Assembly (NCBI GenBank): GCA_963765205.1
Contig: CAVXVB010000009.1
Location: 1,056,001-1,120,000, forward strand
Direction of reading: 5' to 3'
Length of the DNA stretch: 64,000 bases
Source of the DNA: an uncultured Verrucomicrobiae bacterium
GTDB taxonomy: Bacteria > Verrucomicrobiota > Verrucomicrobiia > Opitutales > JABDGR01
A program made the position numbers and the translations under genes. A model generated the notes under the pieces. It worked only from the letters and a program-made list of their open reading frames with translations, was not told where the DNA came from and ran no database searches. Each line of letters opens with the position of its first letter. The first letter of the stretch is position 1. Positions 1-9,794 of this stretch are shown piece by piece.

Positions 1-131
1 TTCAGCGCATAGCTCAGTATCGCCGTCCGCGTATGCGGCGCGGGCCGCAGCCGGATGATCTGCGGCGAGAGCGTGACCGGCCGGTCATACCGGTAGTGGG
101 TGCGATGCGTAAGGGCAACGTGGATAGCCAT
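1..131 (-). CDS. N-terminus of transglutaminase-family protein (runs off window)
   Basis: Manual minus-strand translation [36 protein letters not shown] resembles the bacterial transglutaminase N-terminal (H-T-Y-Y...RLRP) motif. Confidence 0.8.
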   Translation of the reverse strand, partial: MAIHVALTHRTHYRYDRPVTLSPQIIRLRPAPHTRTAILSYAL

Positions 132-341
132 GGGGACAAGAGATGAGGGGGCGGCAACCGGCCAGTCACCCAGCCAAGCCGCTTTCGCCCCCCATGTCGA
201 GATAGGACGTTAAACCTTAGCAGGTTTTAGTCCAAAACCAGCCCAGCCGCACCCTTCCCGACCGAAAAACCTTTTCAACTTGGCTTTTAGTATGCTATGT
301 AAGGGTAACCAGGAGTTTGGCCCCGGCTCTTGCTCACCAAC

Positions 342-731
342 ATGCCTACCAAGACTACAACCACAAAACCGGTGGCCGCCAAAAAAGCCCCCATTAAAGA
401 AGCCGTCAAACCGGCTCCCGCGCCCGCCCAAAAAGCCGCCGCCAAGCCCGTGGCCAAAGCCACCGGCAAAAAAACCACCATCGTCGCCAAAATTGACGTT
501 GGCTGGGGCAACAGTGTCTATCTCCGCGGCCACGGCGGCGGCCTCAGTTGGGACGTTGGCGTCCTCATGGACAACCTGAAAAAGGATGAATGGACCTGGT
601 CGTGCCCCGCCGGCGACGGCCCCATCACCTACAAATTCGTCCGCAACGACGCCCATTGGGCCTTGGGTCCCGACCGCATCGCCGTCCCCGGCGAAACCTC
701 CCTCACCGCCCCCCAGTTCCCGCCGTGGTAA
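342..731 (+). CDS. Small protein: Lys/Ala/Pro-rich (histone H1-like) N-terminal tail plus CBM20-like Ig domain
   Basis: KKAP/AAKP low-complexity tail, then DVGWGNSVYLRG...LSW...W.W...YKFVRND..W. Confidence 0.7.
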   Translation: MPTKTTTTKPVAAKKAPIKEAVKPAPAPAQKAAAKPVAKATGKKTTIVAKIDVGWGNSVYLRGHGGGLSWDVGVLMDNLKKDEWTWSCPAGDGPITYKFVRNDAHWALGPDRIAVPGETSLTAPQFPPW

Positions 732-828
732 GTGCGGGTGGGGGGGCAGGCGCGTGGGAACATTTGAGGATGACAATTGTGACGAGTGCCATGCATCGTC
801 TGCAACCTGCAACTTGCAACTCACGCCC

Positions 829-1554
829 CTACTCATCCTCCGTAATTTCCATCATCCGCCGCCGCAGCTCGCGCACCGCCGTTTCGCCGTCGGCGCCGAG
901 GGTCGCGTAACTGCTGAGGAAGCGCACGTTGATCTGTACCGTCGAAAACGGCCGCGGCAGGTAGAACCGGTCCCAACTGTGCAACCGCCGCGCCGATTGG
1001 AACCGCGCCGAATACAAAATCATCGGCGCATGGGACAGCCGCGCCAGCAGGAGCATCCCTGGCTTCACCTCGTAACACGGCCCCCGCGGCCCGTCCGGCG
1101 TAATGCCCACATCCGCGCCCGTCTCCCGCGCCGCCAGCAGCTCGCGCAACGCCTGCATTCCCCGCCAACTGCTCGACCCGCGCACGCAATCAATGTTCAG
1201 CAACTTGAAAAACGCCGCCAGCCACGCCCCATCCCGGCTCGCGCTGATCAACGCCACCAGCCGCTGCCCCTTCCGGTAGCGCCGCTGCACCTCGCCCACG
1301 ATGAACAACCGGTTGTGCCACGTCGCCAGGATGATCGGCTGCTCGCGGTAACTCAGCCACGCCTGCTCCTGCTCCGTGATGTCGAACCGCAATGTCGCCG
1401 CCCACAACCGCACCACCCACGCCACCGGCAGCAGCAGCGCATACCGCCACCAACTCACCTCATTGACCCGCCGCTTCGGCGGCGGCGGCAGCGCGCCCGC
1501 GTCGGACGGCCCAGCCCCCTCCTCGGTTCCAGTCGGTTCAAGCGGTTCGTTCAT
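829..1554 (-). CDS. Lysophospholipid acyltransferase-like protein (DUF374)
   Basis: WHNR, SASRDG, RGSS, ITPDGPRGP and SWDRF motifs. Confidence 0.9.
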   Translation of the reverse strand: MNEPLEPTGTEEGAGPSDAGALPPPPKRRVNEVSWWRYALLLPVAWVVRLWAATLRFDITEQEQAWLSYREQPIILATWHNRLFIVGEVQRRYRKGQRLVALISASRDGAWLAAFFKLLNIDCVRGSSSWRGMQALRELLAARETGADVGITPDGPRGPCYEVKPGMLLLARLSHAPMILYSARFQSARRLHSWDRFYLPRPFSTVQINVRFLSSYATLGADGETAVRELRRRMMEITEDE

Positions 1555-1628
1555 AAAGACCCGAACACGCTAGGAAAAAAGCCCCCCGTAGGAAAGTTAA
1601 TTGCGCGCTCTTTATTCGGAGAAACCAT

Positions 1629-1707
1629 TCACCGCAAAGAAACGAAGATCGCAAAGAAAGGATTTGCATCAACAACCCCCTTCGCGCTCTTCGCGCCTTC
1701 GCGGTGA
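1629..1707. repeat. Triplet-unit palindrome (ACCGCAAAG type)
   Basis: ACCGCAAAG-AAACGAAG-ATCGCAAAG ... CTTCGCGCT-CTTCGCGC-CTTCGCGGT. Confidence 0.85.
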
Positions 1708-1748
1708 TTTAACTCGAAACTCGAAACTCAAAACTCGAAACTAACTCC

Positions 1749-2261
1749 ATGCCCCCCGCCTGCCCCCACCTCCCCCCCGCCCCCGAAAAAATGGACTGGC
1801 GCGACCTCCGCCGCCACGGCGGCGAACGTGGCGCGGAATTTTATCTCACGGCGCTCACCTACGGGCAGCACCTCTGGCAACGCGGCCTCGCCGCCCGCGC
1901 CCTCCTCGCCGTGGACCGCGCTCTGCTGGCCGACCTCCCGCCAGGCGACCCCATCCTCGCCGCCTGGCCCCCGCCCTACCGCGCCCTCCGCTGGATCATG
2001 GACACCGCCAGCCATGCCGCCCTCGTCGGCAACCCCCGCGTCCATTACCAGCATCTTGCCGGGCGTATCCGCGGCCCGCGTGCCGCACCCCGCCGCGCCC
2101 GCGCCTGGGCCGCCTGGCACCTCGCCCGATTAGCCAACCCAATCTGGCCCGGCGACCCCAAACACCGCATCCGCGAACCTACCCTTGCACAAATAACCGA
2201 AGCCCTCACCCACCACGGCCTTCCTGGTGAAGTCGAAATCTGGCAAAACGCGTGGGATTAA
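1749..2261 (+). CDS. Hypothetical protein
   Basis: 170-aa ORF with host-like codon bias and GNPRVHYQHLA segment; no family recognised. Confidence 0.7.
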   Translation: MPPACPHLPPAPEKMDWRDLRRHGGERGAEFYLTALTYGQHLWQRGLAARALLAVDRALLADLPPGDPILAAWPPPYRALRWIMDTASHAALVGNPRVHYQHLAGRIRGPRAAPRRARAWAAWHLARLANPIWPGDPKHRIREPTLAQITEALTHHGLPGEVEIWQNAWD

Positions 2262-2268
2262 ACGGATT

Positions 2269-2349
2269 TTCACCGCAAAGCCGCAAGGAGGCCAAAGGAA
2301 AACCTTGCACCAATCACATCCTTTGCGCTCTTCGCGCCTTTGCGGTGAA
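2269..2349. repeat. Triplet-unit palindrome (ACCGCAAAG type)
   Basis: TTCACCGCAAAG ... CTTTGCGCTCTTCGCGCCTTTGCGGTGAA. Confidence 0.85.
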
Positions 2350-2390
2350 TTTTCCTTTGCCGCCACTTCATCCCTCATCCTTCATCCTTA

Positions 2391-2861
2391 TTAATATCCC
2401 AGCCGCGCCAGCTCATCCTGCAAGGCGTATTGAAATTCCTGCAAGTCTGGCGGCTTGGGCTGGTAGCCCTTTGTCTTGGGCACAAGGCCGAGCCGCCCGG
2501 CCTGGTCCAAATGCCATTCCGCCGATTGGCCGTCGCTGAACGTCACGCTGCCGCTGAGCGCCGCGCCGGGGCGGACAATTTTGTCCACCGACACCCGCAC
2601 CTTGCCCGCGCCGGACGCCGCCGCACCCGGGCCGGCCACCGGCGGCGGGGGTTCCTTCGTCAAATCTGCGGTGACGGCGGTTTTCTGCGGCGCATCTTTG
2701 ACCGTCAGGTTCAAGTCATCCAGCAGGAAGCGCGTGTCCATGTAGGTCAGCGAGAGGGACAGTTCGCTCGCCAGGCGTTTTTGCACCGCGGCCAGCGTCG
2801 CGCCTTCGGTAACCCATTTCGTAACTTGGGCTTTTTGATCTTCGGTGAGGGAAAGGGCCAT
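2391..2861 (-). CDS. Hypothetical protein
   Basis: Start refined to MALSLTEDQK; the upstream part of the ORF is translated heptamer repeat. Confidence 0.75.
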   Translation of the reverse strand: MALSLTEDQKAQVTKWVTEGATLAAVQKRLASELSLSLTYMDTRFLLDDLNLTVKDAPQKTAVTADLTKEPPPPVAGPGAAASGAGKVRVSVDKIVRPGAALSGSVTFSDGQSAEWHLDQAGRLGLVPKTKGYQPKPPDLQEFQYALQDELARLGY

Positions 2862-2870
2862 GGGGGACTG

Positions 2871-3000
2871 AGTTGCAGGTTGCAAGTTGAAAAGTTGCAG
2901 GTTGACGAAGGTTACAGATTGGCAGGTTGCCAGTTGCAGGTAAAGAACTGAAACGAAAGGCACACCCAACAGGCAACTTGCAACCTTCCAACCTGCAACC
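2871..3000. repeat. Inverted pair of heptamer tracts (RGTTGCA / TGCAACY)
   Basis: GGTTGCA-like units, a spacer, then TGCAACC-like units. Confidence 0.85.
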
Positions 3001-3004
3001 CGAT

Positions 3005-4381
3005 TTAGATCCGCTGTCCGAGCTGCTTGCTCAGCACGTCGACGGTGCGTTTGGCCGAGGCGTCCTGGTCCATCATGTTCTCGACCGTTTTGCAGGCGTG
3101 GATAACGGTCCCGTGGTCGCGTCCGCCAAAGGCGTCGCCGATTTCCTGCAAGGAATGCCCGGTGAACATGCGGCACAGATACATCGCCACCTGGCGCGGA
3201 AAGGCGATGTTCTGCGGACGCCGGCGGGAGAGCATGTCCCCCGCGCGCAGCTCGTAATACTTGGTGACGACCGCCTGGATTTTTTCCATGGTAACCTGGT
3301 TCTGCGCCTCCTCGTTGAGCATGTTCTGCAGCAGCCGCTCGACGGTGGGCACATCCAGGGTCGTCTTCATCAACCGCGCGACGCCCGCAATCTGGGTCAG
3401 TGCGCCCTCCATGCGGCGCACGTTGCGTGTCACGCGCTCAGCGAGGAACTGGATCACGTCCGCCGGCAAATCCAGATCAAGGGTGCGCGCCTTGGTGCTG
3501 AGGATCGCCACGCGCGTTTCCAGGTCCGGCGGCTGGATGTCCGCCATCATGCCCCATTGGAAACGGGAGACCAGGCGGGCCTCGAGCTTGGCAATCTCGC
3601 TGGCGGGGCGGTCGCTCGAGAGCAGAATCTGCCGGCCGGACTCGAACAATTCGTTGAAGGTGTGGAAGAACTCCTCCTGGATGCGCTCCTTGCCGGTGAG
3701 AAAGTGCACGTCGTCAATCAGCAGCGCGTCCACGCTGCGGTAACGCTGGCGGAAGCGCGTGACCGAATTGTCCTGGATCGCCTTGATGTATTCGTTGGTG
3801 AACTTTTCGGTCGAGATGTAGGCCGCCCGTGCGTCGGGGTTCATCTGGATGATGCAGTGCGCCACGGCGTGCATGAGGTGGGTTTTGCCCAAGCCCGTCT
3901 CCCCGTAAAGAAAGACGGGGTTGTAGGCGCGCGCAGGTGCGTTGGCCACGGCGATGCAGGCGGCATGCGCGAGTTGGTTGCCGGGGCCGACCACGAAATT
4001 CTCAAAAGTGTAACGCGGGTTGATCGGCAAGCCCTCATCGCTGGCCGAGTGGCGCGCGCGGGCGCGGCCCGGCGCGGTTTCCTGCAGGCGTGAGACGGGG
4101 ATGGCGGCCGGCGCCACCGCCACCGGAGTCGCCACCTTCATGGTCAACTCAATGGGCTGGCCGGCGGCCAGGTTCAGTCGGCGTTGCAGCAAATCGCAAT
4201 AGTTTTCCTGGACCCAAATCAGGGCGAAGTCACTGGGCATTCCGAGCACAATCGAGTGGGCGTCTTCCGCCAGGCACACAATCGGCTCGAACCAAGCCTT
4301 GTAAACTTCACTCGGAAACAGGGTCTGAAAATCGTTTTGCAAAGCTGCCCACAGGGTTTGGGGCAGGGTTTTAAGGGACAT
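3005..4381 (-). CDS. dnaA: Chromosomal replication initiator DnaA
   Basis: YTFENFVVG, Walker A GETGLGKTHL, LLIDDVHF, SRFQWG, C-terminal FGGRDHGTVIHA; alternative start 4444. Confidence 0.98.
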   Translation of the reverse strand: MSLKTLPQTLWAALQNDFQTLFPSEVYKAWFEPIVCLAEDAHSIVLGMPSDFALIWVQENYCDLLQRRLNLAAGQPIELTMKVATPVAVAPAAIPVSRLQETAPGRARARHSASDEGLPINPRYTFENFVVGPGNQLAHAACIAVANAPARAYNPVFLYGETGLGKTHLMHAVAHCIIQMNPDARAAYISTEKFTNEYIKAIQDNSVTRFRQRYRSVDALLIDDVHFLTGKERIQEEFFHTFNELFESGRQILLSSDRPASEIAKLEARLVSRFQWGMMADIQPPDLETRVAILSTKARTLDLDLPADVIQFLAERVTRNVRRMEGALTQIAGVARLMKTTLDVPTVERLLQNMLNEEAQNQVTMEKIQAVVTKYYELRAGDMLSRRRPQNIAFPRQVAMYLCRMFTGHSLQEIGDAFGGRDHGTVIHACKTVENMMDQDASAKRTVDVLSKQLGQRI

Positions 4382-4707
4382 TGGGGAAAGTGGGCAAACA
4401 GGTTGGATATTCACACTAGGGAGAGCGAGGGCATTTTGTGACACCAGCAGCCCGGGAGCACGGGCCGCGAGGGAATGTGCAACTCGTTGAGCGTGTCTAA
4501 GTTAACTTGCGATTGCGGAGGGAGGGGAAAAGGTGGATATTCATAAGATATTGGATTGGAATTGGTTATAATCGTTGCCTGCAGGAGGGACGAAGGCTTC
4601 GCAGAGAAACTTCGGGAGAGCATCTTTGCGAAAATTCGCCGGATTGGGCAAGTGACAAATAGGTAACTGAATTTGCGCCACCCTTGGCAAGGAGAACTTT
4701 TCGGAAG

Positions 4708-4743
4708 TTTTCCACAAGTTATTCACAAGCTCCATGCGTATAA
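4708..4743. promoter_or_regulatory. DnaA-box cluster (probable oriC or dnaA autoregulatory site)
   Basis: TTTTCCACA 4708-4716, TTATTCACA 4719-4727, inverted TGCGTATAA 4735-4743, upstream of dnaA. Confidence 0.7.
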
Positions 4744-4851
4744 CTTTTGCCTCCTGGCAGCCCCGCCCCACCGCTTTGCGCGCGGGCAGCGGAGCGGCAC
4801 GGTAGGAGCCGGTAAAAAACATGCTGAAAATGAATTCAAACATCTGTTTGG

Positions 4852-5841
4852 CTAATCGTGTTGCTTCGGAGTGGAACGGGCCGCTGCTGCCGCCATATGA
4901 GCAATTAAACGCTCGTTAAATTCCTTCGCCGAATCATGCCCGATGGCCTTCAGGGCCTGCACCAGCGCCGCCACTTCGACCAGTCGCGCCAGGTCGCGCC
5001 CGGGCCGCACGGGAATCTGGATGTGCGGAATTTCCAAACCTAAAATCGTATGGTAGTGCTGCTCCAGCCCCGTGCGGTCCTCCTCCATCCCTGGCTCGTA
5101 GTCGGCAAAAGTCACCACGAGGTCCAAACGCTTGTCCAGCCGCACCGAGCGCACGCCGAACAGCTCGGCGATGTTGATGATGCCCAGCCCGCGGCACTCC
5201 ATGTAGCCGCGGTTCAAGTCCGCGCTTTTGCCGACCAGCTCACGCTCGCCGACCAGTCGCACATAGGTTATATCATCGGAAACCAAACTATGCCCGCGCT
5301 CAACCAGGGCCAGCGCGCACTCGCTTTTCCCCACTCCGCTTTTGCCGCGCAGCAGCGTGCCGACGCCCTTGATGTCCACCAGCGTGCCATGCACGGCGAT
5401 GCGCGGGGCGAATTTTTCCTCGAGCAGCACGGTGGACTGGGCCGTGAAGTCCTTCGTGTTGAGCGGGGTGCGGATCAGCGGCACGTTGGCCGATTTCGCC
5501 GCGCGCAGGAGCGGGCGCGTGGGTGCCAGGTTGCGCGAAATCACAATACACGGAATGTCCTTGGCCAGGATTTGTCCGACGATCAATTCCTGGGTTTTCT
5601 CCCGCAGGTCGCGCAGGTAGCCCATTTCGCCCGCGCCGAACAACTGGATGCGCTTGTTCGCAAAATACTTGAAATAGCCCGTCAGCGCCAGCGCCGGGCG
5701 GTTGATGCTTTTTTCCCCAATGATCTTGTCGAGCCCACTTTCGCCCACCACCATTTCGAGTTCGAGGTTTTTTTTGAACGAGTTGTAAAACTCACGCACC
5801 GTGAGGGTCTCGAGAATTTGGTGCGAATCGCGCGCGGCCAT
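4852..5841 (-). CDS. hprK: HPr kinase/phosphorylase
   Basis: [35 protein letters not shown] and PVRPGRDLA motifs. Confidence 0.97.
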   Translation of the reverse strand: MAARDSHQILETLTVREFYNSFKKNLELEMVVGESGLDKIIGEKSINRPALALTGYFKYFANKRIQLFGAGEMGYLRDLREKTQELIVGQILAKDIPCIVISRNLAPTRPLLRAAKSANVPLIRTPLNTKDFTAQSTVLLEEKFAPRIAVHGTLVDIKGVGTLLRGKSGVGKSECALALVERGHSLVSDDITYVRLVGERELVGKSADLNRGYMECRGLGIINIAELFGVRSVRLDKRLDLVVTFADYEPGMEEDRTGLEQHYHTILGLEIPHIQIPVRPGRDLARLVEVAALVQALKAIGHDSAKEFNERLIAHMAAAAARSTPKQHD

Positions 5842-5900
5842 GACGAAGAGAAGTTGGAGCGGAAAGGCGGGGCGGCAAGCCAACGCCATTTGCGGGGATT

Positions 5901-6671
5901 TTACAACTGGAAATGTTCGCCGAGGTAGAAACGCCGCGCCTGGGGGTCGTTGACCAGGGCCTCGCGCGGACCTTCGCAGAGCACGCGCCCCTCGTGGATG
6001 AGGTAGGCCCGGTCCACGATGCGCAAGGTCTCGCGCACGTTGTGGTCGGTGATCAGCACGCCGATCCCCTTGGCTTTCAGGCCCACGACGATGTCCTGCA
6101 CCTCGCGCACGCTGATCGGGTCCACGCCGCTGAACGGCTCATCCAGCAGCAAGAATCGCGGCCGCACCACCAGCGCGCGGGTAATCTCGAGCCGCCGCCG
6201 TTCGCCGCCACTGAGCGTGTAGGCCTTCTGTCCGGCGAGTTCCAGCAAGTTGAGTTCCTGCAACAATGAGCGAATCAGATCCGCCTGCTCCGCACGCGGG
6301 GTGGCCAGCGTCTCGACAATCGCCTGAATGTTCTCCCAGACGGTCAGCTTGCGAAACACCGACGACTCCTGGGGCAGGTAGCCCAAGCCCAGCCGAGCGC
6401 GCCGATACATCGGCAGCCCCGTGATCTCCACGCCATCCAGCAGCACGGTGCCCTTGGACGCGGGCGCCAGTCCCACGATCATGTAGAAGGTCGTCGTTTT
6501 GCCCGCGCCATTCGGGCCGAGCAAGCCGACAATCTCCCCGCCGCTTACGCGCAAATTCACCCCGCGCACCACTTCGCGCGCCCCGTAAACCTTGTGCAGA
6601 TCGCGCGCCTCAATCACCGCCGGGGCGGGCGGCAGGGGTGGATGCTGGGGGCTGGGCGCAGAAATGGGCAT
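5901..6671 (-). CDS. lptB: LPS export ABC transporter ATPase
   Basis: [52 protein letters not shown]. Confidence 0.97.
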   Translation of the reverse strand: MPISAPSPQHPPLPPAPAVIEARDLHKVYGAREVVRGVNLRVSGGEIVGLLGPNGAGKTTTFYMIVGLAPASKGTVLLDGVEITGLPMYRRARLGLGYLPQESSVFRKLTVWENIQAIVETLATPRAEQADLIRSLLQELNLLELAGQKAYTLSGGERRRLEITRALVVRPRFLLLDEPFSGVDPISVREVQDIVVGLKAKGIGVLITDHNVRETLRIVDRAYLIHEGRVLCEGPREALVNDPQARRFYLGEHFQL

Positions 6672-6674
6672 GGT

Positions 6675-9161
6675 TCAAGGCGAGGAGCCGGCCGCAGGTT
6701 TATCGCCGGGTTTTGTGCCCTTGTCAAAAGGGTTTGCTCCCGTCTGGACTGTAAAAGTCGGTCGTACGGCTTTCTGGCCGGGCTGAGCGGGTGGGGTCAC
6801 GGCCTCGGCCTGACGGGTGTCGAGGTGGATGATCACATCGGCGTGATTCAGGTTCAAATTGCGGGCCGGGTCCACCACCACGACATTTTCCGAGAGCGTG
6901 GCAATCGGTGGTTTCTGGTTCGGCAAAATCTCCGCGTGGTCGGCGGTGGAAACCATCGTGCCTTGCACGATCCGCACCGCGCCCTCCATGAGGATGCGCT
7001 CCAGCGTCATCTTGGTGGCGCCGGGTTGGGTTGGATCCGTCTCCGTCGCAGGCACACCGAAGGCGATCATCTTATCGCAACTCGCCGTCATGCTGCCGCC
7101 GTCCACTTGCACGTTACCCTCGAAATAATAAGTGCTGTTGGTGGGGCTGCTTAACAACGACTGCTGGTCGCTCGAGATGATGGTCGGCGTGGTGTTGGGC
7201 GTGACGGTCAATCCGCCCGTCGGCGTGGAGCCCAGGTTTACCCCATGCAAGGGTGGCAGCTCGACCTCGGGCCGCGTGGGGCCAGTGGCTCCCTCCGAGG
7301 CGCCATACAATTGCACCGAGCGGTAGGATTGCGCGTCCGCCGCCGCGCCGGTCGTATCCACGCTGGCCCGCGGAAAAATCTCCGCGCGCGCGGCGTGCGC
7401 CTGATAGTCGTTTTGGGTGATTTCCACCTGGTTGCGCGCCACCAATTCCCGAATCTTGTCAAACTGGGCCGCGGGTGCAAGGGGGTCCGCTGCTGGCGAC
7501 GACGGCGCATTGTCGGTGTCCGCCTCGAGCGTTTGGCACTTGAGTTCCAAATCGCTCGCGTGGGCAAGAACATTTCCATTGAAGGTGAAAACGGTGGTGT
7601 TTGCGTTCCGCTGCATTTCCACGTGGTCGCTAGTCACCATCGTTTTTTCGTCCGGACCCGATGCACTCCCCAAACCCGGGATCGTCGGCAACTGCAATCG
7701 CACCGGGTGTTCCGTGCTCCCGGTCACGCTCGCGGATTGCCCGTCGCGGGCGAGCGTGATGCGTTCGCCCTCCAGCACCGCTGAACTTTGCGTATCCACC
7801 ACTCGCGGGCCGCCACTGAGGAGGACTTCATTCTGCGCGGGCAGAATCTCTGCCTGCGGTGTGCGGGTGACCAAAATCGGCTGCTGGTTGGTGGCGTTGC
7901 CATATTGCCGGATGGTCACGTTGCCGTGCATTCCCAGATGGTTCAATTGGCCAACTTGCGGCAGGTCGGCGGCCACCCCTGAACTCGGGGCGCTGATGAC
8001 CGCAGGGGCGACCGGGTTGAACTCCGCGTCGAGTTGGTCCGCGTCCACAGTCAAGTCGGGGTCTTCGACATGAACGGATTTTTCGACATCAAAGCGGCGC
8101 TGGCTTAGGCCAAATTGGCCGCGCAAGGATGCGCCCGTGATGACAAGCCGCGCCGGATCGGCCTCCCCCCTTGCTGGCGCAACCGCCTGGTAAGTTACCA
8201 GCGGGGGCAGGGACACCCGCACCCGACCCGGCGCACCGGGCGCATCCGTCGGCGGGTCCACCTGAATCTCCTGCTGGTCGCGAAACCAGGTGATCACGCC
8301 CCCCTCCACAATCGAGTCACTCTTGTGATCCCGCATCTGCGGCGAGCCCGACAACACGACGCGATGCTCCGCGGGAAACATTTCCGCCTGCTGGCCATTC
8401 GCGTCGAGATCACCCTGGGTAACCTCCACCTGGTCCGTGGCCACGATGTGCTCGACCGGTCCCACCTCCAAACTCGCGGGTGGGGCGATCGCGCGCGCTT
8501 CCGCGGGCGCCGCCGGGTTCGCCGCGGCGCTGCGCTCGGCGAGCACCACCAGCCGCTGGCAGGTCGTGCGGCTGTCGCCATCCTTGACATTGACGTTGCC
8601 CGAAAAATCAAACTCGTTTTGCGGCCGGCCCTGAGCGTCGGCTTTCTGATAGATATCCAACTCATCGCTCAATATTAGAATTGGCGGTGCGGCGGTCGCC
8701 GCCGACTTGCCTTGGAAATTGACATAAACGCTGCGGCCCAAATGAATGTGCTGGTTGGTGGCGTCCTTGCCGTCCCAAAACCAGTCGTTGCCCGTCACCT
8801 GATAGCTGTCGTTGGCACCATAGATATACAATTTGTCGCTGCCCCGCACCAGGCTCTGGCCGGTTTCCACCGTCGCCTGCGAGCTGACGATAGTGGTTTC
8901 TATCGGCAGCGACGAACCGCCCGCATACAAAAGCAGTTTCATGCCTGTAATCTCCACCGGGACGTTTTCTGCCGTGGCCCGCTGCGCCTTTGCCCCGGAA
9001 ATATCCCAAGTCTTGTAACCATCCGGGCCATAGCCGCCGGCAAATTGGAAATCCGTCATGCTGCCCGGGCCGGGTGGCGACGAGGCCGCAGGCGCCCACG
9101 CCAGGCTCGTCAGCCAGACGGCTGCGCAGGGGAAAAATTTCGCGGAAGAACAAGCCCTCAT
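6675..9161 (-). CDS. Multi-domain LptC/LptA (OstA-like) LPS transport protein, ~828 aa
   Basis: N-terminal LptC-like region (WDISGAKA...ITGMKL) followed by repeated F.GNV...C..L...I.A...V.I.Q...A..AE units; directly upstream of lptB. Confidence 0.8.
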   Translation of the reverse strand: MRACSSAKFFPCAAVWLTSLAWAPAASSPPGPGSMTDFQFAGGYGPDGYKTWDISGAKAQRATAENVPVEITGMKLLLYAGGSSLPIETTIVSSQATVETGQSLVRGSDKLYIYGANDSYQVTGNDWFWDGKDATNQHIHLGRSVYVNFQGKSAATAAPPILILSDELDIYQKADAQGRPQNEFDFSGNVNVKDGDSRTTCQRLVVLAERSAAANPAAPAEARAIAPPASLEVGPVEHIVATDQVEVTQGDLDANGQQAEMFPAEHRVVLSGSPQMRDHKSDSIVEGGVITWFRDQQEIQVDPPTDAPGAPGRVRVSLPPLVTYQAVAPARGEADPARLVITGASLRGQFGLSQRRFDVEKSVHVEDPDLTVDADQLDAEFNPVAPAVISAPSSGVAADLPQVGQLNHLGMHGNVTIRQYGNATNQQPILVTRTPQAEILPAQNEVLLSGGPRVVDTQSSAVLEGERITLARDGQSASVTGSTEHPVRLQLPTIPGLGSASGPDEKTMVTSDHVEMQRNANTTVFTFNGNVLAHASDLELKCQTLEADTDNAPSSPAADPLAPAAQFDKIRELVARNQVEITQNDYQAHAARAEIFPRASVDTTGAAADAQSYRSVQLYGASEGATGPTRPEVELPPLHGVNLGSTPTGGLTVTPNTTPTIISSDQQSLLSSPTNSTYYFEGNVQVDGGSMTASCDKMIAFGVPATETDPTQPGATKMTLERILMEGAVRIVQGTMVSTADHAEILPNQKPPIATLSENVVVVDPARNLNLNHADVIIHLDTRQAEAVTPPAQPGQKAVRPTFTVQTGANPFDKGTKPGDKPAAGSSP

Positions 9162-9344
9162 GCAAGGCAGTGTGAAGTGTGGAATGTGAAGTGTGAAGTG
9201 TGAAGTTGGGTGCAAAACCAACCAAACCGCCATTTCCCAAGCTCGGTTCCCCGTTTCACCATCCGCCTGGTTGCTGCCCTGCTCCATCGTTTGCTTTGCT
9301 TTTCTACGTTTCTTAATTCTTAATTCATGCTTCTTAATTTCCTG

Positions 9345-9734
9345 ATGAACGTCTCCCGCGCTGAAGTCGCCAAACGCTGCCTTCTGCTGCACTGTCCGAA
9401 TTGCGACAGTGGTGGCCAGTTGCGCTCCTGGTTCAGGCTCCATCCTCAATGTCCGCACTGTGGCCTTGCGCACGGCGGCGAAGATGGTTTCACACTCGGC
9501 ACCACGTCCATTGGCTATGTCGTCGCGTTTCTTTTCGTGGTGTTGCCCGTGTGCGGGCTGGTCGTGCTCAACTTCCTGCCGGTCTGGCTCGGCGTCGTCC
9601 TGGGCATCGCCGGTTCCGCCGCCGTCTCCATCGGGTTGTATCCCGTCTTCCTCGGCTGGGTGCTGATGATGTATTACGTTCCCACCGCCGAGCATCTGCC
9701 GGTCAACCAGAAAAGACCTGGCGCAATCCAATAG
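9345..9734 (+). CDS. DUF983-like membrane protein with zinc ribbon
   Basis: CPNC...CPHCG followed by two hydrophobic helices. Confidence 0.8.
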   Translation: MNVSRAEVAKRCLLLHCPNCDSGGQLRSWFRLHPQCPHCGLAHGGEDGFTLGTTSIGYVVAFLFVVLPVCGLVVLNFLPVWLGVVLGIAGSAAVSIGLYPVFLGWVLMMYYVPTAEHLPVNQKRPGAIQ

Positions 9735-9794
9735 GGAAACCATCCGGCGTCTTTTTCGCTGAGCATATGGGCGGAAGGGAAATCCTGCTCCTGG

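Noticed and set aside
4541..4843. 100-aa ORF upstream of dnaA
   Set aside because: Spans the DnaA boxes (LVNNLWKT is their translation) and has no protein-like features
9162..9743. N-terminal 194 aa of the 1022-aa ORF
   Set aside because: Antisense to the DUF983 gene and runs through heptamer tracts (HFTLHIPHFTL); the real start is likely 9161 or later
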